UHGV virus genome: UHGV-0335882
Reading direction: 5' to 3' (one strand)
DNA length: 29,365 nucleotides
Source: a virus
Part shown: piece after piece, positions 13,829 to 21,246 of the stretch
How positions within the stretch are numbered: the stretch's first letter is position 1
Layout of the letters: every line of letters starts with the position of its first letter
Made by a program: the position numbers and the translations under genes
The notes under the pieces: model-generated
Databases searched by the model: none
What the model was told of the DNA's origin: nothing
What the model saw: the letters and a program-made list of their open reading frames with translations, nothing else

Positions 13829-14348
13829 TCAGCAACCCCGGTATCAGTTCATCCAGCGCGGCTGCTTTGTTCATGGCTTTGATGATATCCCGTTTCAGGA
13901 AATCAACATGTCGGTTTTCCAGTTCCGGAAAACGCCGCTGCACCGACAGGGGGATCCCGTCGAGAATACTGGCAATTTCACCTGCGATCCGCGACAGCAC
14001 GAAAGTACAGAATGCGGTTTCCACCACTTCAGCGGAGTCTCTGGCATTTTTCAGCTCCTGTGCGTCGGCCTGCGCACGCGTAAGTCGATGGCGTTCGTAC
14101 TCAATAGTCCCTGGCTGGAGATCTGTCTCGCTGGCCTGTCGCAGTTCTTCAACCTCCCGGCGCAGCTTTTCGTTCTCAATTTCAGCATCCCTTTCGGCAT
14201 ACCATTTTATGACGTCGGCAGAGTCATAAAGCACCTCATTACCCTTCCCACCGCCTCGCAGAACGGGCATTCCCTGCTCCTGCCAGTTCTGAATAGTACG
14301 GATACTCGCGCCGAAAATGTCAGCCAGCTGCTTTTTGTTGACTTCCAT
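13803..14348 (-). CDS. Nu1: Terminase small subunit Nu1
   Basis: 181-aa ORF (MEVNKKQLADIFGASIRTIQNWQEQGMPVLRGGGKGNEVLYDSADVIKWY...) matches lambda Nu1; overlaps the A start as in lambda. Confidence 0.95.
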
Positions 14349-14349
14349 T

Positions 14350-14525
14350 GTTCATTCCACGGACAAAAACAGAGAAAGGAAACGACAGAGGCCAAAAAGC
14401 CCGTTTTCAGCACCTGTCGTTTCCTTTCTTTTCAGGGAGTGTTTTAAATAAAAACATTAAGTTACGGCGAAGAAGAACGGAAACGCCTTAAACCGGAAAA
14501 TTTTCATAAATAGCGAAAACCCGCG
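14350..14525 (-). other. cosB, terminase (Nu1) binding region with R-type repeats
   Basis: Reverse complement reads GGGCGGCGACCTCGCGGGTTTTCGCTATTTATGAAAATTTTCCGGTTTAAGGCGTTTCCGTTCTTCTTCG..., near-identical to the lambda left end as recalled. Repeated CGTTTCC/GGAAACG cores at about 14388-14398, 14416-14426 and 14466-14483 resemble lambda R1-R3. Confidence 0.75.
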
Positions 14526-14537
14526 AGGTCGCCGCCC
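14526..14537 (-). other. cosN, 12-nt cohesive-end sequence (GGGCGGCGACCT on the minus strand)
   Basis: Exact lambda cohesive-end 12-mer read on the minus strand, immediately upstream of the cosB-Nu1 region. Confidence 0.85.
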
Positions 14538-14685
14538 CGTAACCTGTTGGATCGACGGAAAGGACCCGAAAACGAGAATAATTATCACTTACAGCAAGAA
14601 TCGAATCTGATCTATTATGGTGCTTGCTATTATGTGCCGGCACAAGTGCGTCGTTTACCGTCATTTCACACAGAGGCATCATCAA

Positions 14686-14937
14686 ATGAAAATCAGAAAT
14701 ATTCTCGCTATCTCCCTTGCGACATCATCCTTCAGTTGCCTGGCATTTAAATCCTCGCCCAATGTGCTACCAGGACCAACGAATCAACTAACTGCGGTAG
14801 AAAGTAAAATTATCGGACATTTTTATGCCCCACACAGTACATTACCCGGAACAACCATCACAGGGACATGTGACGCCTCCCCCGTCCCGGGATGCACCTG
14901 TCCGTTTTGTACTATGCTGCGTAGCCAAAACCGATAA
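14686..14937 (+). CDS. Small secreted protein of unknown function (83 aa, Cys-containing)
   Basis: ATG at 14686 with GAGG 9 nt upstream. N-terminus MKIRNILAISLATSSFSCLA has signal-peptide character; mature part contains a TGTCDASPVPGCTCPFC cysteine cluster. The track ORF (from 14617) extends further 5' without a ribosome-binding site. No recognised family. Confidence 0.5.
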   Translation: MKIRNILAISLATSSFSCLAFKSSPNVLPGPTNQLTAVESKIIGHFYAPHSTLPGTTITGTCDASPVPGCTCPFCTMLRSQNR

Positions 14938-14998
14938 CATCCGCATTTACCTGGTATTCCATGATGAGTTCACGCAGCGACTGATAGAGGAAGGAAAG

Positions 14999-15178
14999 AT
15001 GGTTAGTAAAAGCAAGGCGCATTGCCGCCGCATGCTGCAGGCATTGCAACAGACGAGAGCAGGTATTTTTGACCAGTTGGAAAACTGCCAGCATACTTTG
15101 CCCGAGTATATCGCCATCTCATCGGAAACCAGTGCAACTCTTATTCATCGGGTTCCACCAGAGAAAAAGAAGAAATGA
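14999..15178 (+). CDS. Small hypothetical protein (59 aa, basic C-terminus)
   Basis: ATG at 14999 preceded by a strong GAGGAAGGA Shine-Dalgarno; in frame with track ORF 14825..15178 but starting after the stop of the upstream gene. Function unknown. Confidence 0.35.
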   Translation: MVSKSKAHCRRMLQALQQTRAGIFDQLENCQHTLPEYIAISSETSATLIHRVPPEKKKK

Positions 15179-15184
15179 ACAGTG

Positions 15185-15209
15185 AGGCGTTGTGTGGCAT
15201 ACAACGCCT
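15185..15209. terminator. Hairpin between convergent genes (AGGCGTTGT / loop 7 nt / ACAACGCCT)
   Basis: 9-bp perfect inverted repeat located between the plus-strand ORF ending at 15178 and the minus-strand lipoprotein gene ending at 15301; followed by TCTTCC on the plus strand. Confidence 0.4.
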
Positions 15210-15300
15210 TCTTCCATCATTCCTCGTCAGCCATGACAAAAATATAACCGCTGGCTCTTTCATTTTTCTCCTGCTTCCAGCCCCTCTCTACCTGGAAGCA

Positions 15301-15627
15301 TCAAGGACGTGACGGCGTAAAGATAAATTGTCTCTTCACTCCCTGACAGGGGCGATTCTTTTCAAATCGCCATTTCGCCATGGCCTTCACCACTTCATCA
15401 CGAAACAAATTATGAGGCTCTGAGCGGAGAAAAACGATCCGTGTCACAGTCCCATCAGCACCAATATCGAACTTAACCTCAACCAGCCCCTTGATATAAT
15501 TTGCTGCAGCATATTCCGGATATCGTGGATACACCGTCACTAATTGCCGGGGCTCATCAGCTTTTTGCTGCGAGCATCCCACTGCCAGGACAGATAACAG
15601 AAAAAGTAGTAAAAGGCGTCTTTTCAT
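15301..15627 (-). CDS. Lipoprotein with TonB C-terminal-like domain (108 aa)
   Basis: Start at internal ATG (15627): MKRRLLLLFLLSVLAVGCSQQ is a lipoprotein signal with lipobox LAVGC. Remainder aligns with the E. coli TonB C-terminal domain as recalled (GLVEVKFDIGADGTV...LFRDEVVKAMAKWRFEKNRP vs GQVKVKFDVTPDGRV...MFEREVKNAMRRWRYEPGKP). Confidence 0.8.
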   Translation of the reverse strand: MKRRLLLLFLLSVLAVGCSQQKADEPRQLVTVYPRYPEYAAANYIKGLVEVKFDIGADGTVTRIVFLRSEPHNLFRDEVVKAMAKWRFEKNRPCQGVKRQFIFTPSRP

Positions 15628-16092
15628 TTTTATTCCTACGGGTCTTATTCTGACAATATATCCTGTGTTCCAGACTGCCACATCACCACATCCTGTGCCA
15701 TTATCTGACTCACATTACATACATCGCATCGGGATACAGTAGTAGCACTTTCTGTAATACAGCTTCCTGTTTCTTCCACCATCGCACCGGGATAAACCCG
15801 CGAATCATTAACGCGGTAAAAACCCGGTGTGCATCGTTTTTAATTATTCCCGCACACTCACGCAGAAGGAATTCCCCGTCGGGCTACGGTCATGGTTAAT
15901 GCGGGAATACGGCGACGATACAGCGCAGCTAAAAGGGTAATGGACGGATAGACCGGTTTATTTCATTCCACAGGATTCTGAGTGTCCCCAACTTCCTCCA
16001 ATAGTCTGAGCCCACCTGTGTAGTTTTAATTTTCATCAATCCATTTAACTATCGTTTAATTGTTGTCACATAGGATTCTGCCGTTTTTAACA

Positions 16093-16236
16093 ATGCAGGA
16101 TAATAAGATGAAAAAAATGTTGTTTTCTGCCGCTCTGAGTCTGTTGTCGGCATTCTGGCAATGCAATTTGGATAAAGCGGGGATTAAAAAGATAGAGGCG
16201 AGCCGGTCAGGTAGAAATGAATCAGGCTCAAAGTGA
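16093..16236 (+). pseudogene. 5' stump of a bor/iss-family lipoprotein gene (first ~15 codons conserved, then unrelated sequence to a stop)
   Basis: Translation MQDNKMKKMLFSAAL... matches the N-terminus of Iss/Bor-family proteins as recalled. The lipobox (LITGC) and the rest of the protein are missing; the frame runs into unrelated sequence and stops after 47 codons. Position and orientation match where bor sits relative to cos in lambda. Confidence 0.6.
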
Positions 16237-16528
16237 AGCGGAAAAGGTCTGTGGCACAAGCTGATGCAGCCATAATTACAGCCTGATGATTTGTGGAATG
16301 AAACATGTTGAACCTCCTTAATTGATGTTATTCGAGTGATGAAGGCATTCTGTCCTTCTATAGTGTCCAGTAAATCAAACAGGAAACTTGTCCAACGTGT
16401 TGGACAAGCCTCTCCATTAGTGAGTTGTATTGATCACAACTCTACAAAGAATTCATTACTGGGTAGATGAAAATAGTTTCACTATGAATGGAGGAGGCTA
16501 TGTCGGTGGCTTCTTCATTGGAGTACAT

Positions 16529-16879
16529 ATGCCCCCACGAATCCCACGCGCCTGCCGTAAGCGTGGATGTGCAGGTACAACCACAGACAGTTCTGGTTAC
16601 TGCGATAAACATCGTGGCGAAGGATGGGTACAGCATCAACGCGGACTGAGCCGCCACCAGCGTGGCTATGGCTCGAAATGGGATGCCATACGTGCGCGCA
16701 TACTGAAGCGTGATAATCATCTGTGTCAGAACTGCCTGCGCAATGGGAGAGCCGTTGAAGCCAGAACTGTGGACCACATCATTCCGAAAGCTCATGGTGG
16801 CACGGATGCAGACAGTAACCTGCAGAGTCTGTGCTGGCCCTGTCATAAAGCAAAAACAGCGCGCGAACGCATCAATTGA
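16529..16879 (+). CDS. HNH endonuclease (terminase-associated, 116 aa)
   Basis: C-terminal HNH motif (CQNCLRNGRAVEARTVDHIIPKAHGGTDADSNLQSLCWPCHKAKT) with Cys-rich N-terminal part. Start set at ATG 16529 with GGAG 5 nt upstream; the track ORF starts further 5' at a TTG. Sits directly upstream of the terminase genes, as in HK97-type cos phages. Confidence 0.85.
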   Translation: MPPRIPRACRKRGCAGTTTDSSGYCDKHRGEGWVQHQRGLSRHQRGYGSKWDAIRARILKRDNHLCQNCLRNGRAVEARTVDHIIPKAHGGTDADSNLQSLCWPCHKAKTARERIN

Positions 16880-17026
16880 TAACAGTTCCCATCTGTAGGG
16901 GAGGGGCAGGCCAAATCTCTGCAACCCTGGCTGCTCAGTACCGCCGCCTGACCTTTCCTCGCATCGCCGCAGGTTCGAAAACTTTTTTTTGGAATGTGAT
17001 TAAATGATTGATAGGTAAAACCGATT
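16880..17026 (+). other. Intergenic region between HNH and small terminase; candidate cos site of the HK97-type module
   Basis: 147-bp non-coding gap at the position where HK97-type phages carry cos. Contains GC-rich motifs (GGGGAGGGGCAGG; CCGCCGCCTGACC, the latter resembling the CGCCGCC core of lambda cosN). Exact cut site not determinable by eye. Confidence 0.35.
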
Positions 17027-17509
17027 ATGTCTGGACCCCCGAAAACCCCGCCACGCCTGCATTTGATACGAGGCAACCCCTCAAAGCGGCCAGTTAAAGA
17101 CCTCAAAAAAACCGCTAAAAAGGATGAAAAAGGTCTCCCTAAAATTCCGCAACATTTAGGGGCGCAGGGGAAGTACTGGTTCAGGCGAATGGCGGAAGAG
17201 CTGAATGCGGAAGGGATCATTTCTCAGCTTGATGCGCGTGCGCTTGAGCTACTGGTGGAAGCCTATACCGAATACCGGCATCACTGCGAAACACTCGATG
17301 TTGAGGGGTACACCTACCGCTCGAAAACGCAGAACGGTGATGTGCTGATTAAGGCACACCCGGCTGCTGCGATGAAAGCGGATGCCTGGAAGCGGATCCG
17401 GGCGATGCTTGCAGAATTTGGTATGTCACCGGCAAGCCGGGCAAAAGTAAATACCGCCGGACCGGATAATGTTGATCCGCTGGCAGAGCTTTTAAAAGCG
17501 AGAGACTGA
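17027..17509 (+). CDS. Terminase small subunit (P27 family)
   Basis: 160-aa ORF with basic N-terminus and the C-terminal FGMSPASRAKV motif typical of the P27 family; immediately upstream of and overlapping the large terminase. Confidence 0.9.
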   Translation: MSGPPKTPPRLHLIRGNPSKRPVKDLKKTAKKDEKGLPKIPQHLGAQGKYWFRRMAEELNAEGIISQLDARALELLVEAYTEYRHHCETLDVEGYTYRSKTQNGDVLIKAHPAAAMKADAWKRIRAMLAEFGMSPASRAKVNTAGPDNVDPLAELLKARD

Positions 17510-19266
17510 TGGCAAAAGTGGCTGACGGGATCCGCTACGCCGAACGTGTTGTTGCAGGAGAAATTGTTGCTGGCGAATTTGTCCGCCTGGCCTGCCAGCG
17601 TTTTCTTGATGATCTGAAGTACGGCGAAAAGCGGGGGATTTATTTCAGTGAACCCCGTGCGCAGCACATCCTGAATTTCTACAAATTTGTGCCTCATGTA
17701 AAAGGGGCACTGGCAGGCCAGCCCATTGAGTTGATGGACTGGCATGTATTTATCCTCATTAATATTTTTGGTTTTGTCATTCCGCTGGTCAATGAAGAAA
17801 CCGGGGAAGTTGTCATGCGCAGCGATGGCAGCGGACGTCCGGTGATGGTGCGCCGGTTCCGGACGGCGTACAACGAAGTCGCCCGTAAAAACGCAAAATC
17901 AACCCTGTCATCGGGTATCGGCCTGTATATGACGGGGGCAGATAGTGAAGGCGGAGCTGAGGTGTATTCAGCCGCAACCACGCGTGACCAGGCCAGAATC
18001 GTGTTTGAAGACGCCAAAAATATGGTCAGAAAAGCCCGGTCGACACTCGGGCGGTTGTTTGATTTCAACAAGCTGGCGATTTACCAGGAGCAGAGCGCAT
18101 CAAAATTTGAACCGCTTTCCTCGGATGCAAACAACCTGGACGGTCTGAACATCCACTGCGCCATTATTGATGAGCTGCATGCACATAAAACCCGCGACGT
18201 GTGGGACGTTCTGGAAACGGCAACCGGTGCCCGTCTGCAGTCCCTGTTATTTGGTATCACCACGGCTGGCTTTAACAAGGAAGGGATTTGTTACGAGCAG
18301 CGTGATTACGCCATCAAGGTATTGCGAGGCTATAACAGCGACGTGGAGGGCGCTGTAAAAGACGACTCTTACTTTGCGATCATTTACACGCTTGATGAGG
18401 GAGATGATCCGTTTGATGAAACGGTCTGGCAGAAAGCGAATCCTGGCCTGGGCATCTGTAAACGCTGGGATGATCTGCGTCGTCTGGCGAAAAAAGCGAA
18501 GGAGCAGGTCTCTGCGCGGGTGAATTTTTTTACCAAACACATGAATGTGTGGGTCACTGCCGAATCTGCCTGGATGGATATGATTAAGTGGGAGAAGTGC
18601 GAATACATTGCTCCACAACATGAGCTGAAAACATATCCCATGTGGGTCGGCGTCGACCTTGCTCATAAGATTGATATCTGTGCGGCGGCAAAACTCTGGC
18701 GAACCGATAACGGACATGTTCATGCTGATTTTAAATTCTGGCTTCCGGAAGGACGGCTGGAACGATGCTCGCGGCAGCAGGCAGAACTTTACCGGAAGTG
18801 GGCGGAGATGGATAAGCTCATCCTGACGGATGGTGATGTTATCGATCATGCTCAGATAAAAAGTGACTTACTGGAATGGATTGGCGGTGAAAACCTCAGG
18901 GAACTGGGATTTGACCCGTGGAGCGCAATGCAGTTCAGTCTGGCACTGGCTGAAGAAGGGATACCGCTGGTGGAGGTTCCGCAGACGGTCCGCAATCTGT
19001 CAGAGGCCATGAAGGAAACGGAATCACTGGTTTATGCCGGGCGTTTCCATCACAGCAATCATCCGGTCATGAACTGGATGATGTCTAACGTTACTGTAAA
19101 ACCGGACAAAAACGACAACATCTTCCCGAATAAATCCACGCCGGAAGCCAAAATCGACGGCCCTGTTGCGCTTTTTACAGCCATGAGCCGCTTTCTGGTA
19201 AATGGCGGGGGCGTGAATGACTTTCTGTCCACGCTTGATCCTGATGAGGACCTGTTAATTCTGTGA
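17509..19266 (+). CDS. Terminase large subunit
   Basis: 585-aa ORF; start overlaps the small-terminase stop (TGATG); size, position and sequence character consistent with HK97-type large terminase. Confidence 0.93.
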   Translation: MAKVADGIRYAERVVAGEIVAGEFVRLACQRFLDDLKYGEKRGIYFSEPRAQHILNFYKFVPHVKGALAGQPIELMDWHVFILINIFGFVIPLVNEETGEVVMRSDGSGRPVMVRRFRTAYNEVARKNAKSTLSSGIGLYMTGADSEGGAEVYSAATTRDQARIVFEDAKNMVRKARSTLGRLFDFNKLAIYQEQSASKFEPLSSDANNLDGLNIHCAIIDELHAHKTRDVWDVLETATGARLQSLLFGITTAGFNKEGICYEQRDYAIKVLRGYNSDVEGAVKDDSYFAIIYTLDEGDDPFDETVWQKANPGLGICKRWDDLRRLAKKAKEQVSARVNFFTKHMNVWVTAESAWMDMIKWEKCEYIAPQHELKTYPMWVGVDLAHKIDICAAAKLWRTDNGHVHADFKFWLPEGRLERCSRQQAELYRKWAEMDKLILTDGDVIDHAQIKSDLLEWIGGENLRELGFDPWSAMQFSLALAEEGIPLVEVPQTVRNLSEAMKETESLVYAGRFHHSNHPVMNWMMSNVTVKPDKNDNIFPNKSTPEAKIDGPVALFTAMSRFLVNGGGVNDFLSTLDPDEDLLIL

Positions 19267-19283
19267 AACAGCTTATTACTGAT

Positions 19284-19424
19284 ATGACCGGGCTGATCGG
19301 TTTCGGTCTGCTCACTGCTGGCGTTTATCTGTATGCAGGTCTGCCAGCGTCTCTGATGCTGTCTGGCTGTTTGTTGCTGCTTTATGCACTGGTGGTGTCC
19401 ATGAGGAGAAAACATGCTTCTTGA
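19284..19424 (+). CDS. Small hydrophobic ORF (46 aa) between terminase and portal
   Basis: MTGLIGFGLLTAGVYLYAGLPASLMLSGCLLLLYALVVSMRRKHAS, a single predicted transmembrane helix; no clear Shine-Dalgarno; overlaps the portal start. Speculative. Confidence 0.25.
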   Translation: MTGLIGFGLLTAGVYLYAGLPASLMLSGCLLLLYALVVSMRRKHAS

Positions 19425-20640
19425 TGCTCTGTTTCGCAGTGAGCCTCTGGAAAATCCCTCGGTTCCGGTAACCGGAGAGGCCGCAGAGACGGATAATATT
19501 TTTGCCCGGGATGTGTATGTCAGTCCGGAAACGTCCATGAGGCTGGCTGCTGTCTATGCCTGTATTTATGTTATTTCATCCAGTGTGGCTCAGATGCCCC
19601 TGCATGTGATGCGAAAAACGAATGAGCATGTTCAGCCGGCACGCGATCACCCGTTGTTCTGGCTCGTTCATGATGAACCGAATGCCTGGCAGACCAGCTA
19701 TAAGTGGCGGGAACTGAAGCAGCGTCATGTGCTGGGGTGGGGCAATGGTTATACGTGGGTGAAACGTAATCGTCGTGGCGAGGTTACCAGTCTTGAATGC
19801 TGTATGCCATGGGAAACCACGTTACTTAACACCGGAGGGCGTCATACCTACGGTGTGTATAACGAAGAGGGTGCATTTGCGGTAAGTCCGGACGACATGA
19901 TCCATATCAGGGCGCTGGGAAACAATCAGAAAATGGGACTGAGTCCGATCATGCAGCATGCTGAAACCATTGGTATGGGAATGAGTGGTCAGCAGTATAC
20001 CAGTGCTTTTTTTAACGGTAATGCCCGTCCTGCCGGGATTATTTCTGTGAAAAATGAACTGAACGAACAGAGTTGGAGCAGGCTCAAGAATATGTGGCAG
20101 CGGGCGGTGACAGCGCTTCGCAGCCAGGAAAATAAAACCATGTTGCTGCCTGCGCAACTGGATTACCGCGCTCTGACAGTTTCTCCGGTGGATGCTCAGA
20201 TCATTGATATGACCAAGCTGAACCGGTCGATGATTGCCGGGATTTTTAATGTCCCGGCGCACATGATTAATGACCTGGAAAAAGCCACATTTTCGAATAT
20301 TACGCAGCAGGCGATTCAGTTTGTTCGCTACACGATGATGCCCTGGGTTGCGAACTGGGAGCAGGAGCTTAACCGTCGCCTGTTTACCCGTACAGAACGG
20401 GCTGCCGGGTATTACGTTCGTTTCAACCTCACGGGGTTGCTCCGTGGGACCCCACAGGAGCGTGCGCAGTTCTATCACTTTGCCATTACAGATGGCTGGA
20501 TGAGTCGGAATGAAGCCAGGGCATTTGAGGATATGAACCCGGTTGACGGTCTGGATGAAATGCTGGTCAGCGTAAATGCAGCAAATCCGTTGAATAACTT
20601 TAAAGATACGAAAGGCAAAGAGGAAAAGAACGATGAATGA
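19414..20640 (+). CDS. Portal protein (HK97 family)
   Basis: 408-aa ORF following the large terminase, GAGGAG Shine-Dalgarno 5 nt upstream; length and position typical of HK97-family portal. Confidence 0.93.
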   Translation: MLLDALFRSEPLENPSVPVTGEAAETDNIFARDVYVSPETSMRLAAVYACIYVISSSVAQMPLHVMRKTNEHVQPARDHPLFWLVHDEPNAWQTSYKWRELKQRHVLGWGNGYTWVKRNRRGEVTSLECCMPWETTLLNTGGRHTYGVYNEEGAFAVSPDDMIHIRALGNNQKMGLSPIMQHAETIGMGMSGQQYTSAFFNGNARPAGIISVKNELNEQSWSRLKNMWQRAVTALRSQENKTMLLPAQLDYRALTVSPVDAQIIDMTKLNRSMIAGIFNVPAHMINDLEKATFSNITQQAIQFVRYTMMPWVANWEQELNRRLFTRTERAAGYYVRFNLTGLLRGTPQERAQFYHFAITDGWMSRNEARAFEDMNPVDGLDEMLVSVNAANPLNNFKDTKGKEEKNDE

Positions 20641-21232
20641 CCGTGAAACGCGCTGTTACAGCGGGGAGGTGCGGGCGGAACAATATGATAATGCCCCGAC
20701 CCACATTCTGGGCTATGGCTCGGTATTTAACAGTCGTTCAGAACCTCTGTGGGGATTTCGTGAAATCATCAAGCCGGGGGCTTTTGATGATGTACTGAAT
20801 GATGATGTACGTGGCTTGTTTAATCATGATCCTAATTTCATTCTCGGACGAAGTTCTGCCGGCACGTTGTCATTGTCGGTGGATGAACGCGGTTTACGTT
20901 ATGACATTGTTGCACCGGATACTCCGACTATTTGTGACCTGGTGCTATCTCCAATGTTGCGTGGTGACATTAATCAGTCCTCGTTCGCGTTTCGTGTCGC
21001 CCGTGACGGAGAGAGCTGGTATGAAGACGACGAGGGGATTGTTATCCGGGAAATCACGCGCATTTCTCGTCTGTATGACGTCAGCCCGGTGACATATCCG
21101 GCCTATCAGGACGCAGACTCTGGTGTCCGCTCAATGAAAGCCTGGCAGGAAGCGCGGGCGAGTGGTGCGCTGAAGAAAGCTGTTAACGAACGAATGGCGC
21201 GTGAGCGTCTTTTGACCCTTCTTAATGCATAA
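20633..21232 (+). CDS. Prohead maturation protease (HK97 family)
   Basis: 199-aa ORF overlapping the portal stop (ATGAATGA), located between portal and major capsid genes; size and position typical of HK97-family prohead protease. Confidence 0.9.
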   Translation: MNDRETRCYSGEVRAEQYDNAPTHILGYGSVFNSRSEPLWGFREIIKPGAFDDVLNDDVRGLFNHDPNFILGRSSAGTLSLSVDERGLRYDIVAPDTPTICDLVLSPMLRGDINQSSFAFRVARDGESWYEDDEGIVIREITRISRLYDVSPVTYPAYQDADSGVRSMKAWQEARASGALKKAVNERMARERLLTLLNA

Positions 21233-21246
21233 GGATACTACTGACG

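Noticed and set aside
14825-14998. 5' part of track ORF 14825..15178 (117 aa)
   Set aside because: Overlaps, in another frame, the signal-peptide ORF 14686..14937, which has better start context. Only the portion from ATG 14999, which has a strong Shine-Dalgarno, was kept, at low confidence.
15640-15700. Sigma-54-like TGGCAC motif upstream of the lipoprotein gene
   Set aside because: The -12 element (TTGC at correct spacing) is absent; likely chance occurrence.
15968-16085. Direct repeat of AGGATTCTG about 100 bp apart in the spacer
   Set aside because: Only 9 bp, so expected by chance in a 2-kb AT-rich region; no associated ORF or further structure.
16056-16259. Minus-strand 67-aa ORF in the spacer
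   Set aside because: Overlaps the bor/iss stump on the opposite strand, has no ribosome-binding site, and is in a different frame from the RBS-equipped small ORF at 16306.
16340-16370. Possible LexA/SOS box near CTGTCCTTCTATAGTGTCCAG
   Set aside because: Does not fit the CTGT-N8-ACAG spacing or consensus when checked base by base.
16430-16528. 5' extension of the HNH ORF starting at TTG 16430
   Set aside because: No ribosome-binding site; the ATG at 16529 has GGAG at optimal spacing and yields a typical ~116-aa HNH protein. The extension also runs through a hairpin.
17314-20478. Minus-strand ORFs of 125-218 aa inside the terminase and portal genes
   Set aside because: Antisense to well-supported plus-strand structural genes; no independent support.
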